Shown: positions 7,803 through 14,877 of the stretch, in pieces
Layout of the letters: every line of letters starts with the position of its first letter
Numbering within the stretch: position 1 is the stretch's first letter
Virus record (IMG/VR): IMGVR_UViG_3300001598_000039
Location: 1-64,000 of that record
Length of the DNA stretch: 64,000 nt
DNA from: a virus
Taxonomy: Duplodnaviria; Heunggongvirae; Uroviricota; Caudoviricetes
Reading direction: 5' to 3' (one strand)
Position numbers and translations under genes: made by a program
The notes under the pieces: model-generated
Database searches by the model: none
What the model was told of the DNA's origin: nothing
What the model saw: the letters and a program-made list of their open reading frames with translations, nothing else

Positions 7803-8222
7803 ATGAACGAGACGAACACGAACGAGACCACCCAGAAGCAGACGAACAATGAGGTCTGGAAGCAGATCCGGGCCCTTGGCAAGGAGAAGAAGGCGAAGCG
7901 CGCCGAGGTCGTCAAGGCCGTCGACAAGCTCTGGGCCGACTATGCCAAGTGGCGCGACGAGGAGTGCGCCACGAAGATCGCGGAGCTCCGCAAGTTCATC
8001 ACAGACCGCCATGACGAGCGCGTCGCCAAGCGGGCCAACCGCGAGGCTGACAAGGCCAAGAAGGCCGAGGAGAAGGAGGCCAAGGCCAAGGAGCGCGCCG
8101 AGAAGAAGGCGAAGCGCGAGGCTGAGAAGGCTGCCAAGGCTGCCGAGAAGGCCGCGGCCAAGGCTAAGAAGGCGGAGGAGAAGGCTGCTGCCAAGGCCGC
8201 TAAGGCTGCCGAGGCCAAGTAA
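7803..8222 (+). CDS. Histone H1-like Lys/Ala/Glu-rich protein (139 aa) with AKKAEEKAAAKA repeats
   Basis: Composition resembles H1/Hc1/AlgP-type KA repeats; terminator downstream. Confidence 0.65.
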   Translation: MNETNTNETTQKQTNNEVWKQIRALGKEKKAKRAEVVKAVDKLWADYAKWRDEECATKIAELRKFITDRHDERVAKRANREADKAKKAEEKEAKAKERAEKKAKREAEKAAKAAEKAAAKAKKAEEKAAAKAAKAAEAK

Positions 8223-8250
8223 GACGCCAACCTGACCACATGTTTCCTAT

Positions 8251-8279
8251 GGCCGGTCCGCAAGGACCGGCTTTCTTTG
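8251..8279 (+). terminator. Terminator hairpin (CCGGTCC...GGACCGG then CTTTCTTTG)
   Basis: Stem plus T-rich tail. Confidence 0.55.
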
Positions 8280-8291
8280 CCTCTGCCAAAG

Positions 8292-8326
8292 CTTAAGTTT
8301 ACAGGAGCCAGCGGCTTTGTTATAAT
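8292..8326 (+). promoter_or_regulatory. Class I early promoter (identical over ~45 bp to the 6823 copy)
   Basis: CCAAAGCTTAAGTTTACAGGAGCCAGCGGCTTTGTTATAAT. Confidence 0.7.
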
Positions 8327-8350
8327 AGCCACAGAAACGGAGATCCCAAC

Positions 8351-8632
8351 ATGCCAGACAAGGTCTACTTCATCTCGAACGACAGCGGCTTCCTCATGCG
8401 GAAGGGAACGCCCAAAGGCAAGCCCATGTTCAGGCAATGCTCGAACCCGGAGAAGGCATGGTGCACAGCCAACCGTGACGAAGCCGAGACCAAGGCCGCT
8501 GAGCTGCGTCGCAAAGGCTACATCAACAAGTGGCGCGACGGAGACGGCATCTGCGAGGTCAACAACAGCGACCATATCTTCGACGACTGCCTCGCCCTTA
8601 ACCAGCCCGCCAATGAGCCGAGCCACTCATGA
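8351..8632 (+). CDS. Hypothetical early protein (93 aa)
   Basis: Track ORF with GGAG RBS. Confidence 0.65.
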   Translation: MPDKVYFISNDSGFLMRKGTPKGKPMFRQCSNPEKAWCTANRDEAETKAAELRRKGYINKWRDGDGICEVNNSDHIFDDCLALNQPANEPSHS

Positions 8633-8722
8633 GCGCCAAGCCAATGGAGCTAACATCCGCCGGCCAAGTGAGGGCCTCATGAGCTCCAAGGCAAGTCTAG
8701 ATGAAAGCCAAAGCTGAGCGGC

Positions 8723-8757
8723 CTTAAGTTAACGCAAGCCAAGACCTTTGTTATAAT
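8723..8757 (+). promoter_or_regulatory. Class I early promoter
   Basis: CTTAAGTTAACGCAAGCCAAGACCTTTGTTATAAT. Confidence 0.7.
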
Positions 8758-8790
8758 AGCGCTGTCACAAACCTCCAGAAGGAGAACGAA

Positions 8791-9000
8791 ATGCCAAACA
8801 CCAAAGCCAAGCCCGCAGACCTCAAGCGCCAGCAAGCCAACAAAGCCATTGTCGCCAAGCTCGCCGAAATGGTTGAAGCCCATCCTGAGCTCCGCTTCCA
8901 ACAGATCCTCCAGGACATGGACATCATCAAGCCTAGCGAGGACCGCTTCTATGAGGAGCCGGACGTCACGCTCTCCCGAATGCTCGACTTCATCGCTTAG
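8791..9000 (+). CDS. Hypothetical early protein (69 aa)
   Basis: AAGGAGAAC RBS. Confidence 0.65.
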   Translation: MPNTKAKPADLKRQQANKAIVAKLAEMVEAHPELRFQQILQDMDIIKPSEDRFYEEPDVTLSRMLDFIA

Positions 9001-9013
9001 CCTGGACAGCAGA

Positions 9014-9048
9014 CTTAAGTTAACGAAGCCAAGAAGCTTTGTTATAAT
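9014..9048 (+). promoter_or_regulatory. Class I early promoter
   Basis: CTTAAGTTAACGAAGCCAAGAAGCTTTGTTATAAT. Confidence 0.7.
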
Positions 9049-9086
9049 CTTGCCAGAAACGGCAACCTAACTGAAAGGATGAAACA

Positions 9087-9203
9087 ATGCTGAAGCTCAT
9101 AGACCGAATCTTCTCCGGAATCCAAGACCTGGCGCAGTCCTGTCCCGAGTCCGCTAAGGCAGTCGACTTCATGTTCTCCTCAACATCTCACAACTTTGCC
9201 TGA
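9087..9203 (+). CDS. 38-aa peptide
   Basis: AAAGGATGAAAC RBS; not in track. Confidence 0.4.
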   Translation: MLKLIDRIFSGIQDLAQSCPESAKAVDFMFSSTSHNFA

Positions 9204-9207
9204 ACCA

Positions 9208-9435
9208 ATGAAAGCCATCATCCTCATAGCCATTCTAGCCGTCGCCGGCTTCCTGCTGTCGAACCGCTACAACCATGCTGACCTCCATCAAGACCATGAG
9301 GCGCTAGCAAGCCATGTCTTCGCGCTCGAGGCTATCGCCGAAGACACGAATGCCAGAGTCCGCGACAACCAAGCCAAACTCACCAAACTCCTGCAGATCG
9401 CCGAATCCTGCCGGAACCAAGACCTTGACCGCTAA
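9208..9435 (+). CDS. 75-aa N-terminally membrane-anchored protein
   Basis: Internal ATG of track ORF 9196..9435; MKAIILIAILAVAGFLL. Confidence 0.5.
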   Translation: MKAIILIAILAVAGFLLSNRYNHADLHQDHEALASHVFALEAIAEDTNARVRDNQAKLTKLLQIAESCRNQDLDR

Positions 9436-9465
9436 GCCTAGACTTCCAATTTCTCCTTGCCCGTG

Positions 9466-9668
9466 CATCCACGCCTGCGTGGCGCGCGCCTGCGCGCGTT
9501 CTAGGAATATCTATCTAGGTTTAAGATATAATAGGAGAAGATAGGATAGGATCTTATTATTTTTAGAAGTCTAGGTTTAGAATCTAGATTTTTTAAGAAT
9601 CTAGGTCTTAAGAATCTAAACTTAAAGTCTTTAGAAGTTTAACGCATGCGAGCACGCCTGCGCGCGTA
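9466..9668. repeat. AT-rich (~25% GC) 143-bp island carrying TCTAGG / AGAATCTAG iterons, bounded by GC-rich direct repeats CACGCCTGCGCGCG
   Basis: Seen directly; no ORF. Confidence 0.6.
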
Positions 9669-9671
9669 AGG

Positions 9672-9706
9672 CCTAAGTTAACAGAAGCCGGACAGTTTGT
9701 TATAAT
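9672..9706 (+). promoter_or_regulatory. Class I early promoter
   Basis: CCTAAGTTAACAGAAGCCGGACAGTTTGTTATAAT. Confidence 0.7.
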
Positions 9707-9751
9707 CCTACTGTCGCAAACCTCTGGAACTTAGTGAAAGGACTAAAGCCA

Positions 9752-10189
9752 ATGTCGGAGAACCACGCCCATTATTTGCCCGCCAATCTCCCGCCTAGCA
9801 TCAAGGCCAAGCTCGATGCCGGCGAGCGCCTTTCTGGACCACTCTTCGTCGGCCAAGGCTTCACCCACTCCGTTGGATCTGACTCCTATGGCGGCTACGT
9901 CGTCTCCATCGCTACCCTCCCGAACCGCAAGCCTATCGTCGGCCTTGTCTCCGCCGACAGCGTCATGCACGGCGACTGGACCGAAGGCACGATGGACAAC
10001 AGCGTTGACCTCGCCCAAGCCAAGCCCGAACAATGGATCACCACCTACGGCAAGAACAAAATCACAGGCGCGCCCAAGTGGTGGTTCTGCAGCGCAACCG
10101 GCGACCGCAAGAATCCTGTTGGCTACCGCATCGGCAAGTGCGGCTACTCCTGGAACGGCGCCTACTCCTACCGCGACCCCTCTTTCTGA
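9752..10189 (+). CDS. Hypothetical early protein (145 aa)
   Basis: ATG with AAAGGA RBS; the track start at 9734 is GTG. Confidence 0.6.
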   Translation: MSENHAHYLPANLPPSIKAKLDAGERLSGPLFVGQGFTHSVGSDSYGGYVVSIATLPNRKPIVGLVSADSVMHGDWTEGTMDNSVDLAQAKPEQWITTYGKNKITGAPKWWFCSATGDRKNPVGYRIGKCGYSWNGAYSYRDPSF

Positions 10190-10201
10190 GGCCAACCGCC
10201 G

Positions 10202-10230
10202 GGCTTCCGAGGCCCTCACCTTCGGAAGCC
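10202..10230 (+). terminator. Hairpin (GGCTTCCGA...TCGGAAGCC)
   Basis: 9-bp stem. Confidence 0.45.
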
Positions 10231-10361
10231 AATAATTCTATCATCCCACCCGCTCCTAATCCGCTCGGCTTCTCCAGCCAACCTTCCGTGCAACCCAATC
10301 CTAAGGCCGGCGAATGCAAAGCCAAACCTTGCGCGCCTGCGTAGCGCGCCCGAGCGCGAAG

Positions 10362-10396
10362 CCTAAGTTAACGAGACCCCATGCCTTTGTTATAAT
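10362..10396 (+). promoter_or_regulatory. Class I early promoter
   Basis: CCTAAGTTAACGAGACCCCATGCCTTTGTTATAAT. Confidence 0.7.
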
Positions 10397-10441
10397 AGCA
10401 CTGTCATCAAGCTCCAGAACTTAATGAAAGGACCAAACCAA

Positions 10442-10558
10442 ATGGACAACCCCTACCGCACCAACTATGCCCTCCTCTTCCTCGCCGGCCTTGCAACCGC
10501 GGTCCTCGTAAACCTGACTGCCTTCCTCATCGGCATGTCCGTCATCCTCGCCCGCTAA
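10442..10558 (+). CDS. 38-aa membrane peptide
   Basis: AAAGGACCAAAC RBS; hydrophobic. Confidence 0.4.
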   Translation: MDNPYRTNYALLFLAGLATAVLVNLTAFLIGMSVILAR

Positions 10559-10577
10559 CCAACAAGGAATCTAGACC

Positions 10578-10829
10578 ATGACCACTACCCCTACTCCCAT
10601 CGCCCTTCCCGTAGGCCTTCTTGCCCTCGAATCCACCTCGTCCATAGGCCGCACCTGCATCACCACTCCAGGCCGAGCGCTGACTGGCTGGGACATCTTC
10701 TTCCGCCTCGCCGACGCCTCTGGCATGCAGCCCAACGACTTCGGCAACGCCTACGATCCCCTTGTCTGCTGCGACCATGTCATGCTCGACACGCGCCTGC
10801 TAGCGCCTACGACACGCCCGAGCGCATAA
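10578..10829 (+). CDS. Hypothetical protein (83 aa)
   Basis: AAGGAA RBS. Confidence 0.5.
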   Translation: MTTTPTPIALPVGLLALESTSSIGRTCITTPGRALTGWDIFFRLADASGMQPNDFGNAYDPLVCCDHVMLDTRLLAPTTRPSA

Positions 10830-10902
10830 CGACGCGCGACAGGCCTTCCTCGGCTGCCAGCCAAGCCATCCTTCAACCTAGCCAGGCAGCTAGGCGACAG
10901 GC

Positions 10903-10937
10903 GCTAAGTTAACAAAAAGCACCAGGCATGTTATAAT
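10903..10937 (+). promoter_or_regulatory. Class I early promoter (degenerate -10 region CATGTTATAAT), leaderless spacing to ATG 10944
   Basis: GCTAAGTTAACAAAAAGCACCAGGCATGTTATAAT. Confidence 0.55.
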
Positions 10938-10943
10938 ACAAGC

Positions 10944-11186
10944 ATGCAGGACAGCCACATCCAAACCTATGAGGCCACTAGCCGGACCCTAGACCCTACC
11001 CGGCTATACCAAGCCTTGCGAGCCAGGCAGCTAGCCAACGATCCAGAGGCCAAGCAGTCAAGCTCGCCGGACAGCCTAGCGCCAGACCCTAGCCTGCTGC
11101 CCGAGGCCAACCTGTCAGCCAGCCAACCGCGGGTCCTAGGGCCTGGCCGACAGCCCGGCGACCGGTCCGAGGGCTTGTTAACTTAA
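10944..11186 (+). CDS. Doubtful ORF (80 aa, low complexity, CTAG-rich); may be a non-coding early transcript
   Basis: Repeats AGCCAGGCAGCTAG; ends at the 30-bp palindrome. Confidence 0.25.
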   Translation: MQDSHIQTYEATSRTLDPTRLYQALRARQLANDPEAKQSSSPDSLAPDPSLLPEANLSASQPRVLGPGRQPGDRSEGLLT

Positions 11187-11203
11187 GGCCTTAAGTTAAC
11201 AAG
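11174..11203. repeat. 30-bp perfect palindrome CTTGTTAACTTAAGG|CCTTAAGTTAACAAG, i.e. two facing class I -35 boxes; a third box without a -10 sits at ~11230-11247
   Basis: Seen directly. Confidence 0.8.
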
Positions 11204-11299
11204 GCATGTGCCAGGTGAGCCGAAAGCCTAAGTTAACAAGGCCATCCGGGCTGTGCCCGGCTAGCCAGGTGCCCGGGTGACGCGGGTTATAGGGCTGGC

Positions 11300-11520
11300 G
11301 CCAGGTGTCCTGGACTGGTCGTGGTGTCCAGGAGGTGTCCAGGGGGTGTCCAGTGGTTAGAGTCTGGCGTAGTTGGATGGTCGCGTATGGCGTATGGTGT
11401 ATGGTGTGTCTCGCGCTTAGCGCTTAGAGAGAGAGTCTGATGTGCAAGTGTATGGCGCCTAGTGTCTAGCATCTGGAGTATGGCTTAGCGCTTAGCGGCA
11501 TCAATGGCTTTCTACATAGT
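11300..11520. repeat. Short tandem repeat cluster: GGTGTCC(A/T)G x4, (C/T)GTATGG x3, CGCTTAG x2 (twice), (AG)5
   Basis: Seen directly inside a ~930-bp non-coding GT-skewed region 11190-12125. Confidence 0.7.
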
Positions 11521-12111
11521 ATTGGCCTAGTCTCTGCATGTGTCCGTCTGTGTATGCTTGCCTGCGTAGGCGATCTTTTTAGTCAGGCCTTGTTTGTAAG
11601 CCTTTGCCTTCAGTTGCTAGCATGAGTCTAGATCACTAGCATGTCTTTGGTGTATGCTTCTATGTCTGCTATGGCCTATGTTGTCTAGTGTGTTTCCCTG
11701 GGTAGCGGGCATTCCTCCAGGCCTATACCTAGTACCTCTCTGGCGAGGTTCTTCAATTGGGCCTAGTCTTGGCGTGAAGTGGTCATCCTTCTTTTTGCTA
11801 TGGGCCTTTTCACTGCTGTTGGTTTGGTTTCGGCCCTGGACTGGGAAGCCTGAATTTGAAGTTTGGGGTTTCTTGGCATGGGACAGCTGGCTTGCGTTAA
11901 ATAAAGTCTAGCAAGGAAAGGCTAGCTTATGAGGATCAAGGAGTATTTGAACGCGGGTGGGTTTCGGCTGGAGAAGGTTGCGGTTGACTTGGACAAGGTT
12001 GACTGCATCTAGAAGCCATTAGAAGATGGCATTGGCTGCATTGTCGTCATCTAGGGCCAGAAGTACCCGGTACGAGAGAGCTATGAGGCGGTCTTGAGGG
12101 ACTTGGCTGGC

Positions 12112-12122
12112 GAGGGTAAATA
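12112..12122 (+). promoter_or_regulatory. Class III late-like motif GAGGGTAAATAA, 5 nt before ATG 12128
   Basis: Consensus (A/G)(A/G)GTAAATA(G/A) shared by 8 sites. Confidence 0.5.
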
Positions 12123-12127
12123 ATGGC

Positions 12128-13045
12128 ATGATGACGCAACAGCAGTTGAACTACGCCTATTGGCAGAGGATGCGGCAGCAGGAGCTGTACCGCAGGTATC
12201 GTGCTACGATGATGGGAGGGCAGTCGGCGCCTGAAAGGTATGTGAAGGTCGCGTTTGCGATGTCTGGCGGAGAAGGCCAGATCATGTGCGAGGGCGTAGA
12301 TGTGGGGACATCGGGCAAGATGGTCGCGGTTGGTGGAAGTGTGACTGTCGAGGCGAAGCCGGCGCCTGGGTATCGGTTTGTGCGGTGGAAAGATGATGCT
12401 AGCGCTGGTGCGGTGAGGACGTTCAGCAATGTCGTCGAGGACACGTCGGCGGAAGTCGAGCTGGAGTACACGCAGTCTGAGGCTGGGCTTTGGACGGAGA
12501 CTTGGGAGGGCGTGACACGGATCTTTGAGCGGCATCCAGGATGCAGAGACAACTGGGAGCTGCTGAAGTCCGACGGGTCGCATGACCCAATGACATGCGT
12601 CGTCTACAACCCATCGCGCGGAGCGTGGATGTATGAGGATGCTGGGTCTCCTTACCATTCGGCGGAGGCCAAGCGGACGGACCGGGCGTTTGACGTCGAT
12701 GTCCCAGAGGGAGAAGGACGAGTCGCTCGGACGATCCATTTCGTCTGGACGGCTACGCCGGACGCTGCGATGCTGACAGTCAAGGCATTTGAGGATGGCC
12801 ATCAGGCTGAGTCTGAGGACTTGGTCTTGGAGAACATCCGATATGACGAGGGCGACCCGAAGCGCAGGCTCAGCTACAACACGCCGTGGCTGATGCAGAA
12901 GGGCCAGGAAGTGACGTTGAAGGCTTCGGGCAAGAATGGCATGCAGTTCAGCCATTGGGAAGACAGCAGCACGTCGCCGACGCGTGACGTCACAATGGAC
13001 AGCGCCAAGTCTTTGGAAGCGCACTTCGTCTACAGGAAGCCGTAA
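12128..13045 (+). CDS. Late protein (305 aa) with N-terminal leader MMTQQQLNYAYWQRMRQQELYRRY shared with the gene at 35970
   Basis: Track ORF; paralogous N-terminus. Confidence 0.7.
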   Translation: MMTQQQLNYAYWQRMRQQELYRRYRATMMGGQSAPERYVKVAFAMSGGEGQIMCEGVDVGTSGKMVAVGGSVTVEAKPAPGYRFVRWKDDASAGAVRTFSNVVEDTSAEVELEYTQSEAGLWTETWEGVTRIFERHPGCRDNWELLKSDGSHDPMTCVVYNPSRGAWMYEDAGSPYHSAEAKRTDRAFDVDVPEGEGRVARTIHFVWTATPDAAMLTVKAFEDGHQAESEDLVLENIRYDEGDPKRRLSYNTPWLMQKGQEVTLKASGKNGMQFSHWEDSSTSPTRDVTMDSAKSLEAHFVYRKP

Positions 13046-13057
13046 GCTAGGCTGAGC

Positions 13058-13423
13058 TTACGCGCCGAAGTCCGGACGGACTTTGAATAGGGCCTTGAGG
13101 TAGTTGGCTATCAAGCCGAAGTACTGAGGCCCATATCTTTTGGCGTCATGCTCGAGGATGCTTGAGAAGGCTTCACGGCAGTCGATCGGGCCTATGGCTT
13201 TGAGGCCTTTGAGCGAGAGGTCTAGGAAAGCTTGGGCTGCGGTCTGGAAGCCTTGCTGCCGAGGGCAGGAGAGGATGTAGGCGGAATGCGGCCAGCCGGC
13301 GTCATTCTTGACGTAGGTGAAGGCGAGGAAAGGCACATGGCCAGGCATAGAGGTGAAGTCGACGACTACGGCTTGGCATGGCGGCTTGGCGCAGAGAGTA
13401 GACAGCTGGATGTTGGCGCTCAT
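13058..13423 (-). CDS. Hypothetical protein (~121 aa), last gene of a 7-gene coupled operon
   Basis: Start at internal ATG overlapping the upstream stop (ATGA). Confidence 0.5.
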   Translation of the reverse strand: MSANIQLSTLCAKPPCQAVVVDFTSMPGHVPFLAFTYVKNDAGWPHSAYILSCPRQQGFQTAAQAFLDLSLKGLKAIGPIDCREAFSSILEHDAKRYGPQYFGLIANYLKALFKVRPDFGA

Positions 13424-13953
13424 AGACTTGTTTCGGCAGCGAGGGTTGCGAGTTCGGCGTGCAGGTTCTGGCAAGCAAGGGCGGCTGATGCCCATGGCAC
13501 GTCTTCAGCTTGGTAGGAATGGATGGCTTTGGATGCGTCGACGCCATAGAGCATGGAGCATTCGAGGCACGACTTGGCGTAGGCGCTGTGCGTTGCGCAT
13601 GTGAGGAGCGTAGCTGCATAGAAGCTATGCGGCATGGTGGTGCCATAGTCATCTTTGCATGCGGTGCAGGATTCATAGTTGGCATAGCCGAAGAGCAGGG
13701 TGAACGGCGAAGTAGGGTGCTTGCAGTGGATGGCGAATGGCGCAGCTTGAGTGGCGGTGTAGCGCTGCACTGGAGAGACGGCGTCCCAAGTCCGCTTGAC
13801 TGACATGAACTCTTGGCGCGCCTTGAAGATCGTGCTGCTCTGCTCCCAGGTCAGGCTTTCGGCGGAGATCTTCCCATCACGCTCGGCTGGAGTGAAGTGG
13901 CTGCCGGCGATCTCCCATCCAAGCAGCTGGAATGGCTGGATTGCGATGCTCAT
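13420..13953 (-). CDS. Hypothetical Cys-rich protein (177 aa)
   Basis: ATGA overlap coupling. Confidence 0.55.
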   Translation of the reverse strand: MSIAIQPFQLLGWEIAGSHFTPAERDGKISAESLTWEQSSTIFKARQEFMSVKRTWDAVSPVQRYTATQAAPFAIHCKHPTSPFTLLFGYANYESCTACKDDYGTTMPHSFYAATLLTCATHSAYAKSCLECSMLYGVDASKAIHSYQAEDVPWASAALACQNLHAELATLAAETSL

Positions 13954-14420
13954 CTGCCGAATGCCCTCTCAATAGCGTGGACGGCTGAACGCGCAGCATC
14001 ATGCAGGGCGTCGATGATTGTTTGGCGAAGCAATCCAGTGTTGGCATACATGCAACCATCATTGAACTTTTTGGTGTGGACAGCTGCAACTAGCGCTTCT
14101 TCTTTGCTCTTCTTGACGTACTGCTCAGTCGTGACTACTGGCAAGTTTGGGTCTTCGCCTCTCACTGACAGCTCCATGCGCAACTGCGCGATGCTTGACC
14201 ATACCTTTGCCATGTCTGGCACAGCGCTGTAGCCAATGCCGTCGAGCGACTTTGACGTCGCTTGGTAGGTGCAGATGCAGGCATAGCCGCTTGCGTCAAG
14301 CAGAATGAACGGGCTCAGCTCAGAGTCCGAGTGGAGTGGCGGGACGGCCGATGATGACGGCATGCGCGACGTCTGGGTTGCGCTTGGTGATGGCGGCTGC
14401 TGTCTGCTAGTCTGCTGCAT
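13950..14420 (-). CDS. Hypothetical protein (156 aa)
   Basis: Overlapping coupling. Confidence 0.5.
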   Translation of the reverse strand: MQQTSRQQPPSPSATQTSRMPSSSAVPPLHSDSELSPFILLDASGYACICTYQATSKSLDGIGYSAVPDMAKVWSSIAQLRMELSVRGEDPNLPVVTTEQYVKKSKEEALVAAVHTKKFNDGCMYANTGLLRQTIIDALHDAARSAVHAIERAFGR

Positions 14421-14877
14421 AGATGGCCTTCAGGCTCTTGCATTGGCTGAAGACGCCGTGTTCGGCCTCTTCAAGGTGTGGAGGGAGCTCGATGATCTCA
14501 AGAGCCGAGCAGTTGGCAAAGGCGTAGCAGCAGATCTTGGTGATGCTGTCTGGGAGCTTGACGAGCTTGAGCTTGGTGCAATGGGCAAAGATGAATGCCG
14601 GAAGCTCGGTGATGCGCGCTTTGACTGTTGCTCGCTGCAGTCGCCTACATCCGAGGAAAGCCTCTTGCCCGATGCTTTCAACTGTCTTCGGGATGGTGAC
14701 TGCCTGCAAGCCGCTGAACTTGGCGAGCGCGCCGTCTTCGAGGCGCTTGAGAGCAGCCGGGACCTTAGCGGACGTAGCTGCACGCTTGATGTCATCTGAT
14801 GTCGCGTACCGGCTTAGGCTAGCCGTGCTGCCAAGCACTTGTGCCAGCACTTCGTTTGGAGTCTGCATCTTAGGCAT
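14407..14877 (-). CDS. Leucine-rich-repeat protein (BspA-type LRR)
   Basis: Repeats of the type AFANCSALEIIELP / VFSQCKSLKAI. Confidence 0.6.
   Translation of the reverse strand: MPKMQTPNEVLAQVLGSTASLSRYATSDDIKRAATSAKVPAALKRLEDGALAKFSGLQAVTIPKTVESIGQEAFLGCRRLQRATVKARITELPAFIFAHCTKLKLVKLPDSITKICCYAFANCSALEIIELPPHLEEAEHGVFSQCKSLKAIYAAD

Noticed and set aside
7849-8626. Arg-rich ORF 7849..8235 and antisense ORF 7940..8626
   Set aside because: These are shadow frames of the KA-repeat gene; they have no start signals.
9743-10344. Pro/Ala/Ser-rich overlapping ORFs (9816..10235, 9743..10219, 10033..10344)
   Set aside because: They are alternative frames of gene 9752..10189 and of the GC-rich spacer; they have no RBS.
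3500-11000. The repeat-plus-unique-segment periodicity of the early region could be read as CRISPR-like or as a satellite array
   Set aside because: The repeat units are bona fide promoters (TTAACA-N17-TATAAT) followed by an RBS and an ORF, not direct repeats with spacers.
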